Below are positions 8,716 to 17,800 of a stretch of 51,500 bases of DNA, piece after piece. The notes beneath the pieces were generated by a model. It was not told the DNA's origin, searched no databases, and was given only the letters and a program-made list of their open reading frames with translations. This DNA is from an uncultured Opitutaceae bacterium (GTDB lineage Bacteria; Verrucomicrobiota; Verrucomicrobiia; Opitutales; Opitutaceae). The first letter of the stretch is position 1; each line of letters opens with the position of its first letter. The stretch lies in the NCBI GenBank assembly GCA_964526145.1, contig CAZGJB010000001.1, positions 1 to 51,500 of the forward strand. Direction: 5' to 3'. Position numbers and translations under genes: made by a program.

Positions 8716-10182
8716 ATGCCCTTCAAAATTGCCTTCATTGGAGCCGGCTCGATTGGCTTCACGCGTCGTCTGGTGGCGGACCTGCTCACGGTCCCGGAAC
8801 TTGCGGACGTCACGTTCGCCTTCACCGACATCAACGAGCGGAACCTCAACATGGTGGCGGAAATCTGCCGCCGCGACATCGCCGCCAACGGGCTGAAGAC
8901 CAAGATCGTCGCCACGACCAGCCGCCGCGCCGCGCTGAAAGACGCGAAATACGTGTTCTGCGTTGTCCGGATCGGCGGACTCGAGGCCTTCAAGTACGAC
9001 ATCGAGATCCCGCTCAAGTACGGCGTCGACCAGTGCGTCGGCGACACCCTCTGCGCCGGCGGCCTCATGTACGCCCAGCGCGGCATCGCCGCGATCCTCG
9101 ACTTCTGCCGCGACATCCGCGAGGTCGCTGCCCCCGACTGCCTCCTCCTCAACTACGCGAATCCCATGGCCATGCTGACCTGGGCCGCGAACAAGTACGG
9201 CGGCGTCCGCTGCGTCGGCCTCTGCCACGGCGTCCAGCACGGCCACTTCCAGATCGCCGAGGTCCTTGGGCTCAAGAAGCAGGACGTCGACATCATCTGC
9301 GCCGGCATCAACCACCAGACCTGGTACGTCTCGGTGAAGACGGGCGGCCGCGACCGCACCGGCGAACTGCTCGCTGCGTTCGAGAAGCACCCCGAGTACA
9401 AGAAGACCGAGAAAGTGCGGATCGATGTGCTGCGCCGCTTCGGCTACTACTCGACCGAGTCGAACGGCCACCTGAGCGAGTACGTGCCGTGGTACCGGAA
9501 GCGTCCCGACGAGATCAAGAAGTGGATCGACATGCGTTCGTGGATCAACGGCGAGACCGGCGGCTACCTCCGCGTCGTGACCGAGGGCCGCAACTGGTTC
9601 CGCGCCGAGTTCGGCCGTGGCAAGCGCCCCGAGCCGATGAAGTACCTGCCCGAGAACCGCAGCGAGGAGCACGGCAGCCACATCCTCGAGGGTATGGAGA
9701 CCGGCCGCGTCTATCGCGGGCACTTCAATCTCGTGAACAATTCCACGATCACCAACCTCCCGCCCGACGCGATCGTCGAGGCGCCGGGCTACGTGGACCG
9801 GCACGGCTTCAACACCCCGTCGGTTGGCGACCTCCCGCTCGGCTGCGCCGCCGTCTGCAACGCGAGCATCTCCGTCCAGCGCCTCGGCGTCGAGGCCGCG
9901 GTCTACGGCGATGATCAACTCCTGCGCCAGGCGATGCTCATGGATCCGCTGGTCGGCGCCGTCTGCAACCCGCCCGAGGTCTGGCAGATGGTGGACGAGT
10001 TTCTGGTCGCCCAGACTGAGTGGCTCCCGCAGTACCGCAAGGCCTCGGCCAAGGCCCAGGTGCGCCTGAAGCAGGGCCCGCTCATCCGGACCAAGGCCTA
10101 CAAGGGCGCCGCCCGCCTGAAGACCCGTTCAATGGCCGAGCTCATGCGCCTCGAGAAAAAGAACCCCCGCGCGGGGCATTAG
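8716..10182 (+). CDS. Glycoside hydrolase family 4 (NAD/Mn-dependent alpha-glucosidase/alpha-galactosidase)
   Basis: The N-terminal Rossmann fold is MPFKIAFIGAGSIGF. GH4 signatures ...NYANPMAM... and GLCHGVQHG are present. I chose the ATG at 8716 inside the ORF that starts at 8698. Confidence 0.8.
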   Translation: MPFKIAFIGAGSIGFTRRLVADLLTVPELADVTFAFTDINERNLNMVAEICRRDIAANGLKTKIVATTSRRAALKDAKYVFCVVRIGGLEAFKYDIEIPLKYGVDQCVGDTLCAGGLMYAQRGIAAILDFCRDIREVAAPDCLLLNYANPMAMLTWAANKYGGVRCVGLCHGVQHGHFQIAEVLGLKKQDVDIICAGINHQTWYVSVKTGGRDRTGELLAAFEKHPEYKKTEKVRIDVLRRFGYYSTESNGHLSEYVPWYRKRPDEIKKWIDMRSWINGETGGYLRVVTEGRNWFRAEFGRGKRPEPMKYLPENRSEEHGSHILEGMETGRVYRGHFNLVNNSTITNLPPDAIVEAPGYVDRHGFNTPSVGDLPLGCAAVCNASISVQRLGVEAAVYGDDQLLRQAMLMDPLVGAVCNPPEVWQMVDEFLVAQTEWLPQYRKASAKAQVRLKQGPLIRTKAYKGAARLKTRSMAELMRLEKKNPRAGH

Positions 10183-10320
10183 GAATTGGTCATAGGTGAT
10201 GGGTTATTGGTTATGGGTGATTTCCTAACGTAGGCCGCCCGCTCGCGGGCGCTCTGGCGTTAGGCATCACCCCTTACCCATGACCCCTTACCCATGACCC
10301 ATCACCCATGACCCATCCTC
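10183..10320. repeat. Complete composite element: heptamer array, GC hairpin core, inverted heptamer array
   Basis: GAATT is followed by (GGTNATN)x5 at 10188-10222. The core at 10224-10264 is cctaacg...cgcccgc-tc-gcgggcg...cgttagg. Then (NATNACC)x8 runs 10265-10320. The element fills the whole spacer from the GH4 stop to the HAD ATG. Confidence 0.85.
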
Positions 10321-10911
10321 ATGCACCTTTCCATTCCTCCCGGCGACTTTGACGGCTTCATCTTCGACCTCGACGGCACGCTGATCGACACGATGCCGCT
10401 CCATTACCGGGCGTGGGATCTGGCCATGCGGGCGGCGGGGCTGCCGCATGCGCTGGAGGAGGACTACTTTTACTCCCTCGGCGGCGTGCCGACAAAGCGC
10501 GTCGCGGAGCTCTTCAGCGAGCGCTACCGGCTCAAGATGGATCTCGACCGGGTGTACCACCACAAGGAGGAGATCTTCACGGCCATGCAGGAAGAGGCGC
10601 GGCTGATCGAGCCCGTGGTGGCGTTCGCCCGGGAGAAGTTCGCGACTCACCCCCTGGCCGTCGCCTCGGGCGGACCCCGCGACATCGTGCGGCGCTCGCT
10701 GCACGTGACCGGTCTCGCGTCGCTCTTCCGGGCGGTCGTCACTCCGGAGGACGTCGTGCACGGGAAACCGGCCCCCGACATGTTTCTCCTCGCCGCCCGC
10801 CTCCTCGGCGTCGAGCCGGCGCGCTGCCTCGTCTTCGAGGATGCCGATTTCGGGATCCAGGCTGCCGAAGCCGCAGGGATGCAGTGGGTGCGGGTGCCAA
10901 GCCGGCGGTAG
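10321..10911 (+). CDS. HAD-IA family hydrolase (beta-phosphoglucomutase-like)
   Basis: Motif I is FIFDLDGTLIDT. Also present are ASGG, GKPAPDMF and FEDADFGIQAA. Confidence 0.8.
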   Translation: MHLSIPPGDFDGFIFDLDGTLIDTMPLHYRAWDLAMRAAGLPHALEEDYFYSLGGVPTKRVAELFSERYRLKMDLDRVYHHKEEIFTAMQEEARLIEPVVAFAREKFATHPLAVASGGPRDIVRRSLHVTGLASLFRAVVTPEDVVHGKPAPDMFLLAARLLGVEPARCLVFEDADFGIQAAEAAGMQWVRVPSRR

Positions 10912-10974
10912 GGAGCGCCTGGCGGCGCGTCTCCAAGAAGGCGGCTCCAATGCATTCGATCGCTGGGGGCCCGG

Positions 10975-10999
10975 GGAAATTGCGGAATCCGCAATTTCC
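10975..10999. promoter_or_regulatory. 25-nt perfect palindrome (candidate protein-binding site or hairpin)
   Basis: ggaaattgcgga-a-tccgcaatttcc lies in the convergent spacer. It is followed by an atypically AT-rich patch (about 11000-11040). No U-tract follows it on either strand. Confidence 0.5.
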
Positions 11000-11119
11000 T
11001 AAAAAACTAACCAATAATTGTTTATAAAAGTTTCAGAAGGTCTGTGGCCCTTGCAAACCCCGATAGGAGTCTGCGCAAGAGAGTGGGGCCGGGGCGGTGG
11101 CACGGGGTTGCCCAGGAAC

Positions 11120-12490
11120 CTAGGCGCGTTCCGGTCCTCGCCGATCCTTGTCGACCTCAAGGCCCGCGTGCTCGCGCATCGCGGTGATCGCCGCCACGGT
11201 TTCGGCGAGTTCCGAGCAGGCCATCCGAACCTGATCGTGGGCGTTCTGGCACTGCTGCTTCAGGGTCCGGAGTTCCGGGCGGTCGCCAGCCCGGACGGTG
11301 ATGGTGGTGTCCACGAGGGCCCGCGTCCTCGCGTCTGTGAGGAAGCGCCGGCTCGCCTCCCAGAGGCTGGTGAGCTCGGGATCATCGGCGCCGGCCCCGG
11401 GCTCGTCGTTCCAGAACAGGTGGATTTCTTTCGTCTGGGATTCGGCCTCGGAGGCCTTTTCCAGCAATAGCCGCAATTGCTTCCGGAAGTGGTCGTATTC
11501 GAGAGCCCGGGCGCGTTCCCGGGCGACCGATTCCGCCTGCTCCCGCTCGTATTTCTTCTTGGCCTCGTCGCGGGCGCGCGCCTCCATCGCCGCGAGCTCG
11601 GCGATATCGATTTCCCGAGTCCTGACGCGTTCGAGGACCGGGATCGTGGCGGGCGCGGTAACCTTGGTCGGGGGTGGCGGTGCGGCGGCGGCGAGGGCGG
11701 GGTCCATATCTGCGGTCAGCGGCAGGTGGATGGTCCGTGCGGGCGGAGCCGTATCGACTCGGGGGTTCAGCGGCGCGGAAGCCCCCGCGGGAGTGACGGC
11801 GACGACCGGCGTTAGGTCAACGGGGTCAGGGTCCCTTTCTTTTTTCACGTCCGCGGCGAGGGAGGGCGTAACCGTGGGGACGGGCGGCGCCTCCAAGGCC
11901 ACGCGGCTTCCTTCCGTCACCCGGTCCGCTTGGCCGATCGGGGGCGGGGCCACGAGTTCGAGGCGGGGATCGAGGAAGAAGACCTGGCCGTCCGGCGTCA
12001 GGTTGCCGATGGGCAGAAGGCCGAGGCGAAGCCGCCGCTCGTTCAGTTCTGCTGTCAGCTTCCGGGCGAGGGCGCGGGCCTCCTCGCGCAGGTGCTCGCT
12101 GTAGAGGGCCCGCCCGTCGGTCCTCGCATTGAGCGTCAAGACATGGAAGTCGCAGCGACCGTTCATTCCCAGGTGCAGGGCCACGATGGCCGTTTGCAGG
12201 GCGAGCCCGCGCACGAATCCCTGGATCCAGATCCGCATTTCCTCGAGGTCCTGGAAGGCGCCGAAACTCGATCCTCCAAGGAAGTGGACGAGGGGCGGGG
12301 TGGCGGTCGCGGGGTCGCGCTTGTGGCCCTTCTCGGCGATCGCCTCGAAGGCAAAGATGTCGTCGCACCCGACGATCCAGGCGTCGATCTCGGTGATCAG
12401 GCGATGGGCCCGGATCGCGTACGTCAGGAAGTAGGCGTAGAGCGTGAAGGTGCGCTTCAGCTCCCAAAGGAGAAGGCGATTGGTGACCAT
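11120..12490 (-). CDS. Hypothetical protein C of the orphan operon (456 aa)
   Basis: The ATG (rc of 12488-12490) lies 5 nt after the gene B stop. The frame has GC3-rich codons. The protein has a globular N-domain, a Pro-rich linker of about 110 aa and a charged E/R/K/A coiled-coil-like C-terminal half. I recognise no motif. Confidence 0.55.
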   Translation of the reverse strand: MVTNRLLLWELKRTFTLYAYFLTYAIRAHRLITEIDAWIVGCDDIFAFEAIAEKGHKRDPATATPPLVHFLGGSSFGAFQDLEEMRIWIQGFVRGLALQTAIVALHLGMNGRCDFHVLTLNARTDGRALYSEHLREEARALARKLTAELNERRLRLGLLPIGNLTPDGQVFFLDPRLELVAPPPIGQADRVTEGSRVALEAPPVPTVTPSLAADVKKERDPDPVDLTPVVAVTPAGASAPLNPRVDTAPPARTIHLPLTADMDPALAAAAPPPPTKVTAPATIPVLERVRTREIDIAELAAMEARARDEAKKKYEREQAESVARERARALEYDHFRKQLRLLLEKASEAESQTKEIHLFWNDEPGAGADDPELTSLWEASRRFLTDARTRALVDTTITVRAGDRPELRTLKQQCQNAHDQVRMACSELAETVAAITAMREHAGLEVDKDRRGPERA

Positions 12491-12495
12491 GGGAT

Positions 12496-13884
12496 TCAGG
12501 CCGCGGCGACGGCGGGCAGGGGGCACTGGAGTTCGGCGCAGATCTCGCTCGCCCAGTGGTAGGCCTCCGCCCGCTGGTGGCGGGCCTTGGCGGGGTTGTG
12601 GTCGAGTTCCACCACGACCCGCAGGCGCTGGTCGGGCAGTTCGAGAATGCTCCACGTCGCCCGCTTCGGGATCGCTTTCAGCGCCCGGTAGGGCATCGGG
12701 TCGGGCAGGGGATCGACGGTGACGGTGAGCGTGTGGTCAACCTCCTCGAAGTGGAACGGGCACCCGAGTTCGGGGGCGAGGCGGGGTTTGAGGCGGGTCA
12801 ATTTCTGCTTCACGACCTTGTTGCCCTTGGCCGCCTTCTCGACGTCGGCCACGAGGCCGTCGAGGACCGGGTCCTCAAGGGTCGCGGTGTAGCTGCCGAG
12901 TTTCGCGATCGCTTCCAGGACCTGCGCCTTCTGGGTCTGGGCGAGGCTGCCCTTCGGCTTCGTGAGCGCCTTGGTCCCGCCTTTCAGGACGGCCTCGATC
13001 TGCCCGGCCTGCGGGAGGCCGCCGCGGTTATGCGCCACGATCGCCGCGTACAGTTCGATCGCGTTGGCGAGAAGGCTCAGGTCCTCGAGCCGGTCCACGT
13101 TGGGCGGCACCGGGTAGCCGCGCTCGCGGAGTTTGAGCCACAGGCGGATCGCCCGGCGCTTGTGGGAGAGGCGCTTGGCCTTCTCGGGCGGCATGAAGGG
13201 GCGAATCACCCGGGCGATGAAGTCGTGGACACTCTTGAAGAGCGGCACGGGCGGGGCGCCGCAGACCGAGACCGAAATCTCGCGCCACAGGTTGTCGATG
13301 ATGAAACGCTCCAGCGCGATGAGGCCGAGAAGCTCCACCAGGCCGGCCACGTTCATGTGTGCCCGCCACTGGGTCATCGCGATCGAGCAGGTGAACGCCC
13401 GCTCGCTGCGGTCGGCAATTTCCACTTGGCGCAGTTCCGCCTCGAAGCGCTTCATGTCGGCGATCTCGTCCCCGGAGAGGGGCGCGAGGAGGAACGGCAG
13501 GCCCGCGGTCGTCGGCCCGGTGTACGGCTCGAACGCCGTGCAGGCGGCCGGGGTGAAGCCCGGGAACACCGGACCCTCGCCGGTCACGAGGTGCGGCAGG
13601 GGCGCCCGGGGACCGAAGAAGGCGGCGTACTCGGCCGGTTCGCCGCGAAAGTAGTAGCGGACCGCGGCGGTTTCGCCCGCGGGCTCGGGGTTCGCCGGCG
13701 CCGTCTCCGGGGCGGGAACCGCTGCGGGAGCCGGGGGTGCGGCGGGCGCTTCGCCCGCGGATTGGGCCGGAGGGGTATCGGGCGGAGCGATCTCCTCCGT
13801 GAAGGGGAGTTCCGCCTGGATGCCGATGGGCAAGGGAAGGTGGCCGGGCTTTGCGCCCGCGTACGCGTCGTCGTTCGTCTTCAT
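12496..13884 (-). CDS. Hypothetical protein B of the orphan operon (462 aa)
   Basis: The codon pattern is GC3-rich (aag acg aac gac tac ttc atc...), whereas the opposite-strand 469-aa ORF has R/G/E/H-rich shadow composition. The N-terminus is Pro/Ala-rich and the rest is globular. I recognise no motif. Confidence 0.6.
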   Translation of the reverse strand: MKTNDDAYAGAKPGHLPLPIGIQAELPFTEEIAPPDTPPAQSAGEAPAAPPAPAAVPAPETAPANPEPAGETAAVRYYFRGEPAEYAAFFGPRAPLPHLVTGEGPVFPGFTPAACTAFEPYTGPTTAGLPFLLAPLSGDEIADMKRFEAELRQVEIADRSERAFTCSIAMTQWRAHMNVAGLVELLGLIALERFIIDNLWREISVSVCGAPPVPLFKSVHDFIARVIRPFMPPEKAKRLSHKRRAIRLWLKLRERGYPVPPNVDRLEDLSLLANAIELYAAIVAHNRGGLPQAGQIEAVLKGGTKALTKPKGSLAQTQKAQVLEAIAKLGSYTATLEDPVLDGLVADVEKAAKGNKVVKQKLTRLKPRLAPELGCPFHFEEVDHTLTVTVDPLPDPMPYRALKAIPKRATWSILELPDQRLRVVVELDHNPAKARHQRAEAYHWASEICAELQCPLPAVAAA

Positions 13885-13919
13885 AAAAGGGGTCCTTGGA
13901 GGTTAGGGGTCAGGAATAC

Positions 13920-13947
13920 GGGGGGACCGCGGATCGGCGGTCCCCCC
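13920..13947 (-). promoter_or_regulatory. 11-bp perfect GC hairpin between genes A and B
   Basis: ggggggaccgc-ggatcg-gcggtcccccc lies 15 nt after the gene A stop and 36 nt before the gene B ATG. No U-tract follows. Confidence 0.5.
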
Positions 13948-13961
13948 GCATTGAACCTTCA

Positions 13962-14357
13962 CTAGTTCTGCTTCTGGGACGCCAGGGCCAGGGCCAGGCG
14001 GATCTGGTGGACCGCGCAGCGGGCGTCCGCCGCGCTGCCGAAACAGCCGTAAAGGCGGCTGTGCTCCGACGTGTGCTCAATGAGGAGCATCCCCAGGCGG
14101 AGGGCCGTGAGCGTGGCCGCACGGTGAGCTGCGCGGTTCATGTTCACGGTCATCGCCACCGCCTCCCGGCACGCGCCCGCCTTGTAGGCGGTGTGCAGCT
14201 GGGATACGATGGTGGCCTGAAGCTCCTTAGGCTCCACGATGGTGGTGCTATCGTTGGTCCCGGCGGCGTGAACCGTCGGGGTATGGGTCAGAGGCTGAAT
14301 GGCCTCTCCGTTTTTGTGGCCCTTGCGGGCGTTGGACTGTGTCTTGGCCTTTTTCAT
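13962..14357 (-). CDS. Hypothetical protein A of the orphan operon (131 aa)
   Basis: ATG at rc 14355-14357. The N-terminus is basic and disordered (MKKAKTQSNARKGHKNGE). The C-terminal half is helical and contains Cys. No TM segment or signal peptide. Confidence 0.5.
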   Translation of the reverse strand: MKKAKTQSNARKGHKNGEAIQPLTHTPTVHAAGTNDSTTIVEPKELQATIVSQLHTAYKAGACREAVAMTVNMNRAAHRAATLTALRLGMLLIEHTSEHSRLYGCFGSAADARCAVHQIRLALALASQKQN

Positions 14358-14842
14358 AGGTTCCCGTTTTGCAGGTGTAGCGCGACGGGCCGTTGATGTG
14401 CCCTTGGTAGTTTAGGAAGGCCCCCAAAAGGTATTTTTGCTTTTTTTTGCGGGTGTGATGGGGCGGAGTATCGAGGCCCCAGCGACTGCTCCTCGCAGGA
14501 ACCTTCCCCGGCGGGACGGGCTCCCGGGGCCTGCTGTGGTGGTTTCTCTCGGGTCTCGTTCGAGGGCGGACGCGAGGGAAACGGGCCCCGGTTGCTGCCT
14601 CCTGACGGGGGCTGGGTACCCTCAGGAAATCCCGTGCGCGCGGGCGGACTGAAAAGGAAACAACTGCCAAGGTATATTTTGGAAAATCTTCTGAAGACGG
14701 CCTCCCGTGATCAACGGAAGCCGCGGTGGCGGCTACGCGTCGACCGTCAATGGCCGAAGCACGGCCCGCCCTGGGATTGGCGAATCTCAGGCCTGCTTGC
14801 CCGGATTAATCCGAACTGCGGTCAGGACCCATGCATGGCCTC

Positions 14843-14870
14843 GGATCGATCCTGCGGACAGGATCGATCC
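14843..14870 (-). terminator. Hairpin 3' of the giant gene (possible terminator without a U-tract)
   Basis: ggatcgatcc-tgcggaca-ggatcgatcc forms a 10-bp stem about 20 nt downstream of the TGA (rc of 14890-14892). Each arm is itself palindromic. Confidence 0.35.
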
Positions 14871-14889
14871 AAGGTCGCTGGTCGTGGAA

Positions 14890-17800
14890 TCACAGATTCG
14901 GACTTTGCTGCACGACGTGGCCGCCACCATTCACCGTGAGACGGTCACAGATGACCTTGCCGGTGAGTTCGGCGGTACCATTCAGGACGACCTCGCCGTT
15001 GGGCGCGATAACCTCGGCGGAGAGTTTGGATCCGGAATCGAGCGCCAGATCTCCCGTGGTCATCTTGATCGCAAGCCACTGTGGTTTGCCGGCTTCGCCT
15101 GCGGATCCATTCACCTGAAAACTACCAGCCACGGTCAAGATGACAGGACCGGCAACCCGCAGCGTCGAACTGCCGGCCAGCGTCAGCGAATCGAACGCGT
15201 ACACGGAGGCGGTGGTGCTGTTCGGTGTGCCGAGGACCAAGGTGGCCTGGGCGGTCGCCGTTACCTTGCGGTAGTTGCCAGGGGGCAGCGGCACGACGGC
15301 AAGCTCGCCGTTCACCGTGAGGTCGCGAACCGCGCTAAAATCGGCATTCACCGGGTCCTTGCCGGAAATCTTGAGGTCAAGGGTACCCTGCGGGGACGCG
15401 GGGCGTTCGACGGTGGGCATGGCCACTGGATCAACGCAGGTGACGATGTAGCGGACGAGGGCGCTGCCGGTTAGCTTGATTTGGTACGCCGGCGGGCGGG
15501 TCGCCCCCGTTCCTTCCAGGATGCCGCCGAGGAGTGCACTGCCTTGCACGTCGACGTTGGGGGTACCGGGTACCAGCAGGTCCTCGAGGATCGAGGCGCC
15601 GCCGCCAAGCGCGATAGCCTCGGCTTCGAGGACCTGGACCGAACCGTCGACCGTTCCGCTTAACTTCAGGGGATGGCGGCTCAAGACCGTGGTTCCGATC
15701 GACAGGGTGTCCGTGGCCGCACCGTCGTAGTTCGGTTCATCGAGGGCTGCCGTGACGGCGTACAAACCCGGGAAGATGGGGGCCGCCGTGGAGCCATCGT
15801 AGGTGACGATCGTGGTCAGGCCCTCGGGCTGCGTGGTCACGGTGACATTCCGAGGGGTTCCGTCGTAGGTCTGGGACAGGTTGCCCAAGGTCACGGTCGC
15901 AGCCGCCTTCCGGATCAACAAGGTGGCGTTGGCGCTGCCGGTGTAGTTCGGATCATCGACCGTCGCTGTGACCGCATAGCTGCCGGCATTGGTCGGGGCC
16001 GCGGCCGCCCCGGCATACGTGATGACGGCACCCAGTCCCGACGGGTCTGTCGTCACCGTGACGGGGTGCGGCAAACCATCGTAGACCGCCTCCACCCTTG
16101 AGATCGCGACGGACGCGACCGCCTTGTTGACGGTCAGGACCGCCGGGGGGCTTTGCACCACGCCCACCGCGTTCGACACGACGACAACGTAGCTGCCGGC
16201 ATCCGCCGTCAGGACGCTGGGGATCACGAGGGAACTGGCATTGCCGCCGGGCATGGGATTGCCGTCCTTGAGCCAGCGGTAGGTAAAGGGAGCGGTGCCC
16301 GCAACCGTGACGCTGAGGACGACTCGGTCACCGACTGTCACGGTTTGGCTCGGTGGGACTGTCAGGAGTGAGGGCGGGTAGTCGTTGACCACGGCCAAGT
16401 CGCCGGCGCTTTGGGCCGACCCGGTGTTCGTCAGGATCTCGATCCTGCCGGAGGTGGCTCCGGCCGGGATGACCACGGTGAGTTGCGTGGGGGAATTGAT
16501 CGTGAAGGGGGCATTCACGCCGCCGACGGTGACGGCGGTCGTGCCGCCAAGGTTTGCTCCGGTAACCACCACCGCGTCTCCCGCCCGGCCCGTGGTCGGG
16601 GTGAATCCCGTGACAACGGGGGACGTGACGACAAAATCGATGGCGCTTGTTCCCGTTCCCGCGGAGGTTTGGACGGTCACCCGGCCCGTGGTTGCTCCCG
16701 CCGGCACGTAGGTGAGGATGGCGATTGTGCTGTCGGCCTCGACGAGCGCCGGCAACCCATTGAAGCGAACCTGGGGCAGCGCATCGGTGAGCGAGAGCGC
16801 GGTGCCGCCAATCCGGATGCGCGTGCCGATTGCCCCGGACGACGGCGTGAGGGAGGTGATGGTGGGCGGGGGCGGCGACACCACCGTGACCGAGTCAGCG
16901 CTGGTGGCCAGCCCGTTGAGGCCGGACACCGTAATGGGCCCGGTGACAGCGCCGTAGGGCAGGCCCGCGACCATGTTGTTGGGGGAACTCACATTGAGGT
17001 AACGCGGGTTCACCGGCTGGCCTCCGATCGTCACCGAAATTCCGGGGTAAAAATTGCTCCCGCTAATGACGATCGACTGGCCAAAGTACGCGGACTTGGG
17101 TGAAAAGTTCGTGATCGTCGGGTTCGCCAGTTTCGCCCAGTCGACCTGGTAACGCCCCGAGATGCCCTCGAAGGTGTCGACCGCGATGTAGTAATCGACG
17201 CCGGCAGTCGCGTTCAGGACGGCCGGCATGTAGCGCGGTGCGACGGTATTGGTCGGCGTCACGCTGCTGGCCACCGGGACAAGCGAATCGACCGAGGTGC
17301 CCGTGTAGATCTTCAGGAACGTGCAAAAATCGGACAGCCGCGTATCGAAGGCGAAGGGTCCCGATTCGGGGGCAGTCCATTTGAGCCAGACGGAGCGCGA
17401 GACGGCGCCTCCGGTATGGCTGGGTTCAGCAGGTTCAGCGGTCGCGAAGACGTTTAGCCCGGAGGTGCTGCCGCTGCTCCCCGAGATCGGACTGGCGTTC
17501 GCGAAGGCGTCGTTCGCGGGCGGCGTGCCCGCAGGCGTGACGGTGAAAACCCCCGGGGACACGGCGCTGCCGTTAATCGTGGTGAGAACGACGGGCCCCG
17601 TGACGGCTTCCGGAGGGACCACGACTTTCCAAGCGGTTTGACTGCCAATTTGGGTGGCGGTGACCGGCGCGCCGCCAAACGTTACGGACGTCGGTGCGGC
17701 TAGGTTGGCACCATTGATCGTGACCATCCGGCCGACAGGTCCTGCGGAGGGTGAAAGCGAGGTGATCGTCGGCGCGTTGGTGTAGGTGAACAGAATGGAA

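Noticed and set aside
10188-10320. I considered whether the tandem heptamer arrays are a CRISPR array.
   Set aside because: The units are 7 nt and directly abutting, with no spacers, no 24-40 nt repeats and no cas genes. They are a different kind of repeat.
10904-10911. GGCGGTAG, an ops/JUMPstart-like octamer.
   Set aside because: It is formed by the last codons and stop of the HAD gene. It points into a convergent spacer, far from and not oriented toward the polysaccharide operon, so I take it as coincidence.
14248-14670. 140-aa minus-strand ORF spanning the gene A start and the non-coding stretch.
   Set aside because: It is Arg/Pro-rich, overlaps gene A out of frame, and has no start context or motifs. 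I treat it as non-coding.
14800-14842. gcggtcaggaccc has a faint resemblance to the SRP RNA conserved loop, and gggggctgg... at about 14607 resembles a tmRNA 5' end.
   Set aside because: The matches are only a few nucleotides long. The flanking conserved helices and motifs of SRP RNA and tmRNA are absent.
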